DNA from: Lepidodermella squamata
Lineage: Eukaryota; Animalia; Gastrotricha
Assembly: GCA_047495785.1 (NCBI GenBank)
Contig: JBLDXI010000032.1
Span: 2,914,001-2,978,000, forward strand
Reading direction: 5' to 3'
Length of the DNA stretch: 64,000 nucleotides
Within the stretch, counting starts at the first letter, position 1; every line of letters begins with the position of its first letter. The notes beneath the pieces were generated by a model. The model saw only the letters and a list, made by a program, of their open reading frames with translations. It was not told the DNA's origin and did not search any database. Positions 13,001 through 23,148 of the stretch are shown here, one piece after another. Position numbers and translations under genes: made by a program.

Positions 13001-14013
13001 GTGTGTTATCCGGGTCGTATCGTAACATTTTCAGGGTTACTAGTATTGTATGGTACACTCTTGCTGAATTTCTATTGCTATAATTTAAAATTGAAAAATC
13101 CAACTTAAAAAAATCATAAAATTTGTTGCTTGCCCATTTTATTCTCGCATTCTTCATTTTGCGAGTTTTTGGTTTGTTTTCCACATCGAATTTCCCGCAT
13201 TTCTCGCATGCTCAACAAATTGCTGCTACTGAATCACAAAATTGGGCTGTCGGACGCTAGATCGTTCTGCTCGGTTGGCTTCGGATGGCTATCAATGCGA
13301 CTTTCAAACGACGACCCTTCGACTTTCGAACGAAAGGCTGCTATTTGCCATGGTGTCAGGAATCGCTCGATTTTCGAACCATGCCGTTCTGTATCTTCTT
13401 GCTTTCAATGTCGCAGTCGATGCCCTGTTGCGATTTGGATTCTGGTCTTCGATTTCATCGAAAGCTGGCCGATTGTTGCTTGATGCCCACGACATTCGGG
13501 ACGAATTCTGCTCTTTTGTCGCGAATTTTCGCGAAATTCTGGACGAGTTCTGCCCAATTTTCACGAGCTCATGGCCAAGTGCTGTTCGATGGGGTTGAAT
13601 GCTGCCCGATTTGATACCGATCTCGCGCGTTTTCTTCCGGAGTTCTGCCCAATTTTCACCCCATTTTTGTGATTTTCAATAAAATCGTTTTGAAGTGTTG
13701 CTTGAACTTTTTCGGGTTTCTCTTGTGTGTTTGACAAGTGGGGTTTTTGGTGATATTTTCTGGACAAGCGGGCATTTTTTGATATAAAAATATCAAAAAA
13801 TCCCTGCCTGTTTAGAAAATATTAAAAAATCCCTGCTTGGAAGAAGGTTTTATGAGTTTATGAGCTTGGAAGTGGTCTTAATTCGGCCATTAAGAAGGCA
13901 TATTTTACGATACGATCCGGATAACGTGTCATATAATACGAAGTGCATACCAATGTTATAATGATAAAAAATGATAACATAAGAAGTTGAAGTTGAATTA
14001 AGTTGAATAAAAC

Positions 14014-14321
14014 GACCTTTAACAAGTGAAAAATGGGGTTTTGCGTATTTTCTGTAGTGTGTTCTGTAGTGCGACTTTAGGTAGGACGATTTCTACATTT
14101 TCTCACTTGATTTGATTTTCTTGACGATTTTGAATTAAAAAAGAAATAAGACCCCTGGGTCCCATCCTTCTCAAAGACGCGAGATCCCGAAGTTTCGCCG
14201 AATCGGCTTATCGATTTCGACTGACGTGCATTACTTTGATTCCATCAAAATCTTGGAGCGGCTGCAAAATCTCAGGATGTCAAAGATTTCACCAAACCCC
14301 ACTTTTCACTTGTCAGCGGTC
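14014..14321. mobile_element. Small MITE
   Basis: GACCTTTAACAAGTGAAAAATGGGGTTT and AAACCCCACTTTTCACTTGTCAGCGGTC form imperfect terminal inverted repeats. Confidence 0.5.
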
Positions 14322-14813
14322 AATGCTTTGTTGATGATTAATCATTGAATTATACGGATTCATGGCAATAAATTTTACTGCAGTCTATGATGATAAGAAA
14401 TCTACTTAGTCTATAATGCACACGTTTCTTCAACAAGTTGTGATTGTGGAAAGCGGAAAGCGTCTTGCCCGCGTGTATAGTGAAAGTTTTTTGAATAAAC
14501 AAAATATAAAAAATTAGTTCTGACTGGGTAACACGACGTCGTTGGCGGTAAAATTGACAATAAAATAAAACAAGCCTAGAGGTTCCTTCTGCCGTGCTGC
14601 CAACGAATGGTTGAATCCCTTGTCGCGGCGTTTCACAGCATACTGATGACTCTCATTTTCGTCAACGCCCGTTTTTCTCCCCATATGTACATGTTTACAG
14701 ACATTCGTGTCAGGTTTTCTCCATCGCGACAGATTTAATATTAATAGAATTTAGCATTGCCTACACATGCTATATATTACGCCTCGTTTTTCGTAACTAT
14801 ATCTTTGAAAAAA

Positions 14814-15674
14814 ATGATTACTTCTAAAATAATCATTGCTTCTGCGATCCTAGCTATTATTCCTGCTACAGATGCATTGCGATGCTATACAGGAGAGTCA
14901 AAAACTTCGAGCCTGCCTTATGGTTCTTCTTCCTCCACTTTCCCGTCAACTGGTTTCCTGTGTGCAAAGGCCTTCATTCAAGTCGATGTTCAAGCATCGT
15001 CCGGGTTGAGAATTTCACAAATTTCCTACGTTTGGAACGCAACTGACGTCAGCACCGTGCCAAACGCGCCAGATTGTGACGGAATTTACGAAACTTCAGT
15101 TGCAACTAGCGAAGCCGGCATTGTTGGTAAGGGCTACACGCGAATATGCTTCTGCTGTGGGGATAACTGCAACGACGCGCGGATGGACCAGCGCTGCAAC
15201 GACCCACCGGTGTTCACGCATCAATGTAAGAGTTACGTATCAACTGGCGCCTCGATGTCGCCAAAATTGCCGTCCTACAAAGCGATTGATGTCGACTGTA
15301 CAAAGACACAGCTTTGCATCAAGGCCTACGGCGGTGTTTCTGCGAATTACAGTGCAGCCTTAAGGGAACCTGCCCCAATGTACGTGTGGGGTTGTAGCAC
15401 GTTGGGCAATATTACCTGTGGGACGAATATTGCGAAGCGGGCAGACAGCCGTGGCTATTCGTCAGAAACTACTTGCACGTGCTGCGGTAATTTGTGCAAT
15501 GACGCGCGAATGGACTCGGCACTTGCAAACAAGGTAGATTGCGGAGCATATGCTGCAACATCTGCTGCAACATCACCAACGTCAGATCGAGCTGCAAAAT
15601 CTTTTTCGTCCCATGTCTCATGGTCATTGATTGCAACAGCTCTTCTGATTTTGTCTATTCAATTCGGAATTTGA
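14814..15674 (+). CDS. Intronless GPI-anchored two-domain Ly6-like protein, copy 2
   Basis: Paralogue of 7759-8706 with the same Cys framework and a short stalk. ATG at 14814. Confidence 0.8.
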   Translation: MITSKIIIASAILAIIPATDALRCYTGESKTSSLPYGSSSSTFPSTGFLCAKAFIQVDVQASSGLRISQISYVWNATDVSTVPNAPDCDGIYETSVATSEAGIVGKGYTRICFCCGDNCNDARMDQRCNDPPVFTHQCKSYVSTGASMSPKLPSYKAIDVDCTKTQLCIKAYGGVSANYSAALREPAPMYVWGCSTLGNITCGTNIAKRADSRGYSSETTCTCCGNLCNDARMDSALANKVDCGAYAATSAATSPTSDRAAKSFSSHVSWSLIATALLILSIQFGI

Positions 15675-15777
15675 AAATACATAACACCATGGAAATAAAT
15701 ATATTCTCTTGATTTTTTTATCACTATCATTCATAAACATGGTCTATCGAACCATCGCTAAATTGAACGTATGACCT

Positions 15778-15950
15778 ATTTATTTATTTATTTATTTATT
15801 TATGAGCCATACATCCAGGTGACGTCGTTGGAAAGCTCAGCTGAAATAGAAATGAGTTTGGGAAAATTCTGTACAAAATGTTTCGTGAAAATGCTCAAGT
15901 TCAACAACAAAGAAATAAAGATGATGATTGTTAGTTTGTAGGATCAGTAT
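15778..15950 (-). mobile_element. Probable 3' end of a non-LTR retrotransposon with a (TAAA)n tail
   Basis: A (TTTA)6 run begins exactly where homology with the other Ly6-like 3' flanks stops (…GTATGACCT|). Confidence 0.35.
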
Positions 15951-16327
15951 AAAAATAATATAACAATATAGAAGCTTGCCTTAAGGTTTCAGGCGACGGT
16001 GCTCGAGTTGAGTTCTTTTTGTTGTAATATTAGAATCAAAACTCGGTGTTCTAACATATACTAGGCCAAGTATATGTTAGGACTATATGTAATTATAAGT
16101 TTACATAATTTTACATATTGGACAGTTGATTTTCACATATATTGGACACTAGATTTTTTAAGGAGGAGCACATATTGGTCAGTTGTCTATTGTTCAGACC
16201 CGTAAAACTCATGAAACCCAAGAAACCTGAGGAACCCAAAATAGCTTTATTATTCAAAATCAAACAATCTCTTGGAAAAGCTGGGGGGCTTGGGGCTCGA
16301 AAATCTGGCAGCATTCACCCCTGATAC

Positions 16328-16540
16328 CGAGAAAATCGAGCAGCATTCGGCCCCAATTTCGAGAAAATCGAGCAGCATTCGGCCACAATTTCGAGAAAAT
16401 CGAGCAGCATTCGGCCACAATTCAGTGAAAATCGAGCAGCAGTCAGCTCCGATGTCGATAAAACCCAGAACTCCACCGGGACAATTGCGAAATCCGAGCA
16501 GCAGTCGCCCTCAATATTGAGAAAATCGCGCAGCATTCCT
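16328..16540 (+). repeat. 32-bp minisatellite
   Basis: CGAGAAAATCGAGCAGCATTCGGCC(C/A)CAATTT occurs three times near-perfectly, then degenerates. A related unit occurs in reverse at ~13495-13660. Confidence 0.85.
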
Positions 16541-16798
16541 CTTGGATCCTGGAAATTGTCAAAACGGCGCCGTATTCGTCTTGCATTTCGTACCATTCCA
16601 TCAGCCTTCGTTCCTGGCTCGAACTGGTTCGACGACACGCTTCCTCGTACGGGATCGAAACCTTGATTGAGCTTGAGATCGACAATAACCAGATCGGCGA
16701 ACTAGTTGCCATGAGCCGAATTCACTCGCCTGGCTGATTTGATGAGCCGACAGTTCAAATAGCTCGAGCCATTGTGCGATTCTTTATCGTAGCAGCGT

Positions 16799-17047
16799 CA
16801 TGCTGTCGGCAGCGTCATCGGTGCCCATATTGCAAGCCGAAAATCCGCAACGACTGTCACGTTTATTTTTAATTGTTTATTAAATATATTATATTAAATA
16901 ATAATATTGTTAATCGGAATACAATGAAAATATTAAATAGCAACCCCTTCAACGTTCAACACGTTGCTAGGGGGCTCGGATGCGGTTTTTTTTCCCTAAA
17001 GCGGCAGCTGCTTCTAACCACTTGACGTCGTTATTCGCGCCAATCTG
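16799..17047 (+). repeat. Left TIR, outer element
   Basis: Reverse complement of 35435-35679. Direct repeat of 24741-24983. Confidence 0.95.
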
Positions 17048-17325
17048 AATATCCCTGTATTGTGACTGCTGATAGCATTGCTTTCGCTTTGCTTAAGGAA
17101 TGACTAATTATGTTGATATACCTCGCCCTGCTGTTACGCTAGTTTCGCCAGTTCAGAGTTAGTTCTGCCATGAAGCATTTTCTTATCGGATGGTTGCTTA
17201 TAGGTGTTACAAATTAATCACAGATCAAAGTTAATCACAGAACCATACATGATGCATTTCAAGCGGGCATGATGTGTTTACCTCTTTGTTTCAACTTTTT
17301 AAATGTATCTCTAGATTTTTACTTG

Positions 17326-20032
17326 ATGTCAAATCACAGTCTTGGGTCGGCAGGTTTGTTGAAGAAGTTAATGCTTCCAACTGCAACTACTGACGATGCA
17401 AGTACCCCTCGTGTTCTTGGAGGTTTCCTTCGATTTCTTTGAAAAAAACTGTGAGTCTCCTTCCTATATTATTTTTCAGTCCTCAATGGTGCCTCTGCGA
17501 TTCGGAGATCTCCTATGTTGCCTCTTTCGCCTTTGGTTTTGTCTATTGTCTCTACTCCGAAAGCTGTATTGTCGCCGTATATCGGTATTCTTGCCATCGA
17601 TAAAAAAATAGTTGCAATTTACAACTTTATTTCTTACTGGTATTAGCAAACTCTGCTAGTTCAGTTTTGACTGCAGTCACACCGCCTAGAATCGCCCCCA
17701 AGCGGTCGTTAGGCGCAGAAGCTGCTCCTCCTATTGGGCTAACACCGGCTAAAACCGTCCCCAAGCGATTGCTAGAAGGGAAAGCTTTGGAAGACTACAA
17801 AACAATCCGTTCATTAGGTGAGCATTTTATCTATTATGCCAGAATTTCCCTAATAATTGATTCTCAGAAGCTCAACTTGCTGCTACCAAGAGCAATCTTG
17901 ACGAATGTCGCCGTGAGAGGGACATTTTTAAGACTTTTGTACCTCAAGGATTGGCCCTCAACGTCAAGGAACAAAATCCATTAGCTTTATTGAGTCGCCA
18001 AAAACGATGCGATCGGCACAAAGGGCAGCTAATCAAGCCCTTGAATGCGCTGTTCGGGAGACTATCGAGCTTCGGTAGTTTCTATCCTGTCACCTCCCTG
18101 TCTGTACAAGTTAGTTTTTTAATTATTGCTCAGAATTCATCTACACCTCACTCGTTGTCTAGGTGAACTTTAGCCATGGTGTTGCTGCAAAGAAAATTTG
18201 GGTTGGTGACGATGAGGCTAGGAAAACAGCCCTTAGAAGGTAAGATTTAAACTATTGCTAGCAATTAGTAGCAACTGATGACTTGTTTTAATCTAGTCTC
18301 GTGCGAGATTACTCCACGAAGTATTGGTCCATGAGGACGGTGTTTAAAATACTAAAAACCTCAACATATCAAATAACTCAGCGCGAATTCGAACAAGAAA
18401 AGAAAATCCTAGCAAACATCCTGCCCATCCAGGTTGTTGTCGTTCCGGAGGGTAAAGACGTGACCAGTGCTGCTTTCGTGCTTCCTAGTCGTCAGATACC
18501 TTACCTTTTTCGCAATGGAATCGTTCCGAAGCCCGTGGCTCCAACTGTCAACATCCGTATTCAAGGCAAATACATTTTAAACTGAAATTTCCAATATTTA
18601 TTTTTATTTCTTTTCTAGGCGATGGTACGATTTTCCGGACGGGCAAATTTCCTCATTACCGACTCAATTACGGCTTTTTTCATCAGAAAGTCGCCGTCTC
18701 AACTGTAACCGAATACACTGCGGGCGTGTTTTTCGGCAAGGAATCGCGAGAAAACCTGGAATATTTATTGCCAGTATTCGATGATTTTAACGAGCTGAAA
18801 GTTACAGGCCTCACACTTGATGATGGTGTCAAATTAGATGTTACACTGTAAGTTGCCTCAGGCTTTTTCCAGAAGTCATTTATTTCAATATTCTTTAAAT
18901 ATAGTTCCATTTGCGCTGATCTACCGGCTATTGGCAAGCTGGTTGGAACTAGCCACACCGACGCGCTTGGCTGCCCATGTTGCGTCTTCAATTTTGTTGA
19001 CGACGCAAAGCCTTTGAATGTTCTCATCGACGAAAACGATCGCAAGCCGAAGCGCGATCTGCCTTCCAGCCTCGTTAAAATCGACGCTGACGACATTTAC
19101 TGGTGCTCTCTTCACTGTGCCTTGCGTATCGCGTTCCTTGTTCTTCGAGCGGTAAGATCGTCATATCTATTCTCATTGCTCTTATTATATTTTATTTTTT
19201 TTTATAGTTTTTTCTGTTTATGAAGGAGTCCGTGGTGGATTATGAGCTACGCATCTCCCAACTCGTCCAAAGTTACGACCGAAAGGCAGTTGTCAGCTTT
19301 GAAAAGAGCGAGGTGAAAATCAGCAACATGAATCACCACACGCTTTTCAAGCTGCTATTCGATGCTGACGAACTGTGGTCGCCGATGTCGGTCTGCAGGG
19401 GTGGTTGGGAAGTCGATTACGTCCTGAAGCAGCATCGCGGCTCGAAACCATTTAGCGACTTCCTCGCGCAAAAGCAGATTTCCGCCAAGTCTCTCACTCG
19501 CAAGGAGCTTGCTAGCGCAGCCGTTGACCACGGCTTTTTGGTCGAAGGGTCCCCGATTCAGGCCAAGTTGGTCCAGTTCGCTGAAGCCAAGAAGCTCTAC
19601 AAAAAGCTATTCGCTCTAATTCGCTGTAAAGATCAGTCTATTCCGATTCCCGATTCCGACGCAGATTTTCACGCTTTCGCGAACCTCGTCCGTCGGCTTT
19701 CGGGATGCTATACCCCCTACCTTCACATATTTCAATTCCACACTTGGGATAGACTTGAACGTCTTCGCCTCGCTGGAACCTATCTTGCCGCCATTTCGGG
19801 TGAAAATGTCGAAATCCTGCACAAGATCGGGAAAGAACAGCTTGCGCATCAAGTCTGTCTTATAGGCGGTCATGAGAGTCAGCAGATTATGGAATTGTGC
19901 AATGTCCGTTTGGCCTCGGATATTGGTGCGAATAATGCTTACATCGAATCTCAGCCAACTGTAGTTACATCAGCTGTCAACTTCAGCGATTCTAATGATT
20001 TCGAGCCATTCGATTTCACGTGCGATTGTTGA
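17326..20032 (+). CDS. RAG1/Transib/CMC-type DDE transposase, ~753 aa, 9 exons (outer copy)
   Basis: Exons 17326-17422, 17480-17584, 17647-17817, 17868-18109, 18163-18239, 18297-18565, 18619-18847, 18905-19151 and 19208-20032 join in frame (2262 nt). Motifs in RAG1-core order: IRIQGDGT (D1), GKESRENL, ICADLPA (D2), GCPCC, WCSLHCALRI, TPYLHIFQFH, SGENVEILHK (E). The start codon is uncertain. Confidence 0.85.
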
Positions 20033-21267
20033 TTTTTCTTATTTCAATACGACTAATATTTTGAGTATTAATCTGAGTCTTTCAATGGATGTTTTGCATG
20101 GCTTTGTTGACTAAAAATGAGTATTCGTTCATTACTTTCATTTTTCGATGGCGATCTCGTTGTAGTTATAATTCGCAAAAAATCTTGTTTTCAATCTTGA
20201 CTGAATGATAATTATTTGTGGTCTTAGCTAGTCCCACTAATCGATGGGCAATATATTTGTTTAATGCCGCCTTAATAATTGCTTGTATTACTGATTAGAG
20301 GATACGTCTCTGAAAATACGTTTTTCAAATAGGAATAATTGTGGTTTCATATATTCATTTTGTATAAAATTGACTACGCCGCTTTTCAATCAACACTATG
20401 TCTCAGCCGATTAATTCCTCTTTTCTTCGTGACTATTGATCGTTCCATATGTTGTTAACCCGTGCAAACCGACATCGGTGATCAGTTCATCATCATCGAA
20501 TAGCTGTTTGAAAATCGTGTGTTTTATTCTATTTTAATTATCACGTTCTGAGACGTCAACCGCCTTAATGATTTGGGGTCTTACCCAGTCCTACCGGTAT
20601 TTCGATAATTCTCCACCTTAAATAATTACAAAAATTATAATTATATTATTGGAAAAATCTATCCGGTGGAATGTCGGTTTTATGGCCATATAAAACCGCC
20701 TTGATATTGTTTAATAATGTATATTTTCTTCTCTGAGTTCGTTTTTTATAACGAAATCTCGTGCTTGATTAATATGGCGAATTCATTATTTTATTATCAT
20801 CGGCTGGTTTCATTGATATACGCTTTCCGATTTTCGATGAATTCGTATTAATTTAGCTCGACTTTCGTTTTCAGCTATCTCAATATTTTTTGTGATATTA
20901 TTCGATAATTTCAAAGTTTTACGCCGATAATGTATAGCGGTATACAAAGCCACCTTAATAATATTTATGAGCTCCTAATTGGAATTATCTCCTGATTTGC
21001 TATAAAATAGCATCCTCTCATTGAAACTCAGCTCTTTCTAAGCCGTTCTGTTATCTCTGCACCGACCTATTAATGGTATTGTTCGATCTTCCGAGCTAAA
21101 AATCTTCACTAATTTGCCATTCGGTAATAAATAAACAGGAAACAAATAAAAAGCATGCCATGCGTGTGTTTTATTACGTGTTAAAAATTGCGATTGTACA
21201 ATATTGCGTTGAAGCAGCCATCATTCATTAGACAAAAAGCAACGAGAAAATCGGACAATTAAATGTA

Positions 21268-21705
21268 TCACTTCTTGAACAAGCGCTTAGGTTTCGGCGC
21301 TGGTTGTATTTTGCCCAGCCTCGAACAAAAGAGCCGAAATAAGATCCGGCGTTCCTGCTTGGCAGCACTGCTGTTGCGATCGTGATCGGGGTAAAGTCGG
21401 TATCGATTGCTCATAAGCACGCGAGGCTCGAGATCGAAATAGGCCGCCACCTCCTCGTCGGTTGTAGGTGTTGTAGGGTGGATACGATTATCAGGATGCT
21501 AAAATATAATATAACATAGAGCCAAATAACAAAAATGAAATTAGACTAAAATTACCTCTTCAGCGGTTTTGCTTGGCGTCGTCTTCTGACGATCAGCCAC
21601 GATTCGGGGTTGACGCCGTTGTTTCGGGGTACTGGGAGTAGCCTTAACTTTTCGCTCCATGATATCTACCTTACGACAGGGGCGCTTATGACTTGTTGAT
21701 GACAT
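21268..21705 (-). CDS. Element-borne orphan A: 126 aa basic, Thr-Pro-rich protein, 2 exons
   Basis: Exons 21705-21556 and 21498-21268 are joined by a 57-bp GT-AG intron and stay in frame: MSSTSHKRPCRK...ATPSTPKQRR...TTPSKTAEE|HPDNR...PKPKRLFKK*. Confidence 0.65.
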
Positions 21706-21746
21706 GTTAAATAAAATGAGGTTCTAAAATAAATAAAAAACAGATT

Positions 21747-22337
21747 TTAGAATCGAACTGAATTTATACGAATTATAGCCTTGCAAATGGCTTGCGGCGA
21801 GTTTTCAATAATAGGTTTTTTCATAGAAAACGAGACGTTATTTACAAGGCTAGTTCTAGTGTTTCTTTTCACGGCAAACAGCGAAACGGCAAAGTCGAAA
21901 CGGCTGAAAATTTCGGCGAGATGTTCGGCCGATAGTTGAATGTAGCGCTTTTTCTCGCTACAAAATTCAAACATTTTACTCGATATCACATATTAGTCAC
22001 TGTTTACCCACCTTTTAAAAATTTCCAGCTGAGCCAACTTACCTACGGGAAAAACGCAATGACGGGCTACGACCTTGAGCTGATTCAGCATTGGCTTAGC
22101 TGCATCGCGATTAAGCTGGGTTTCGAGTGCTAGAGCCACTTGGTTAGCCAGAAATAGCATTTCTTTTCGGCGATCAAAAACAGCAAAAGGATCGAACAGC
22201 TTGAGTTCAAGGACGCGTACTAGCCGCACTTGTTGCTGTTTCTTTAAGTAATCGTCGACGCGCCGAAATTCAGTCACGGCAGAGCCATAAATCACAGGCT
22301 TCTTCAAAGTTGCGCGCTCTCGCAAACAATAGGCCAT
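21747..22337 (-). CDS. Element-borne orphan B: 178 aa protein, 2 exons
   Basis: ORFs 21993-22337 and 21747-21989 are joined in frame by a 54-bp GT-AG intron (22011-21958). Confidence 0.6.
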
Positions 22338-22339
22338 AA

Positions 22340-23148
22340 TTAAGGTGTATAATTAGTTAATGACAAAACTAAGGATCAAAAATATTCAATAGTATTAAAT
22401 AGGTAGATATATACAGAAATATCGAACAAATTAAGGTGGCTAACTGATGCCCAAACAAAATGAGCAATTAATGAGCGCGCAGCTGGATCAATGCGTAGAA
22501 TATAGAAACGCTTGGATGAGAAAAAACTAATGCCGCAATAATTATTATAATAATAGCACCAAGCCGCGGAATAGGCGCACTTTCCGCCTTAAGTAAAAAG
22601 ATTTTTAAGGTGGAGAGCGCAATATATGATAAGTCTTATAATAAGTGGTAGAGTTGTAACTGGGCCAAAGTAAAATATTTCGCGAATTTTTGATATATGT
22701 CACTCAAACCGACCGATGCCGCGAACACATGGAAGATTGAGATCGCTATTTCGACCGATCGTACATCAGAGAGACACACCGTGAATTCACGCCGCCTTAA
22801 TAAACGCCGGGCGGCGGGCGCGTTACTGCTTGGAGCGCGCGCACGCATATATAGCTTTACCAGGCACCTTCTAGGCACCAACAGGTGCGCTATACAACCT
22901 GAATTTCGACCCTTCCGACCACGGAATGACCACGGAATGACCACGGAAAGGTGTCAATATTTGAGAATAAAAGAATTCAATACGCGCGCAGAAGAATGGC
23001 ATACGATCGAACAATCGCACACCTTTCAATGCGCTGCGCGCGCGCATTCGAGTGGATAGGCGCTAATATTATTACGAATTGAAGCAAGTGGGAAGAGGAT
23101 GAAAAAAATTAAATACGCCTAAACCGCATAACTGAAAAGTAGCAAAAA
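22340..23148. promoter_or_regulatory. Putative bidirectional promoter region of the element
   Basis: Lies between the divergent starts of orphans B and C. Many GCGC(GC) tracts and an 11-bp ACCACGGAATG repeat x~3 (22918-22948). Confidence 0.4.

Larger units (their letters stand above)
12638..14605. mobile_element. ~2 kb non-autonomous TIR element inserted upstream of Ly6-like copy 2, with nested insertions
   Basis: ~40-bp TIRs CGTTGGCAGCGCAGCAGAAGGAACCCCTAGACTTGTTT and AAACAAGCCTAGAGGTTCCTTCTGCCGTGCTGCCAACG. The empty site (ACAACATGGTTGAATCCC) is seen in copy 1 (7533) and copy 3 (39719). Confidence 0.75.

Noticed and set aside
16328-16540. 32-bp repeats as a CRISPR array
   Set aside because: The units are head-to-tail with no unique spacers, there are no cas genes, and the context is eukaryotic. 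It is a minisatellite.
18683-19096. Antisense ORFs over the transposase, TRPM, LDLa and methyltransferase exons
   Set aside because: They are shadow frames of well-supported genes on the opposite strand.
21380-21460. Orphan A as a sororin or POLD4 homologue (DEEVAAYFDLE)
   Set aside because: Only a few residues resemble those motifs. The position is not C-terminal as in sororin and the flanking conserved residues are absent.
22636-23059. ORFs 22697-23059 (+) and 22636-22944 (-) as genes
   Set aside because: They are overlapping Arg/Ala-rich translations of a GCGC-rich intergenic region with no splice or motif support.
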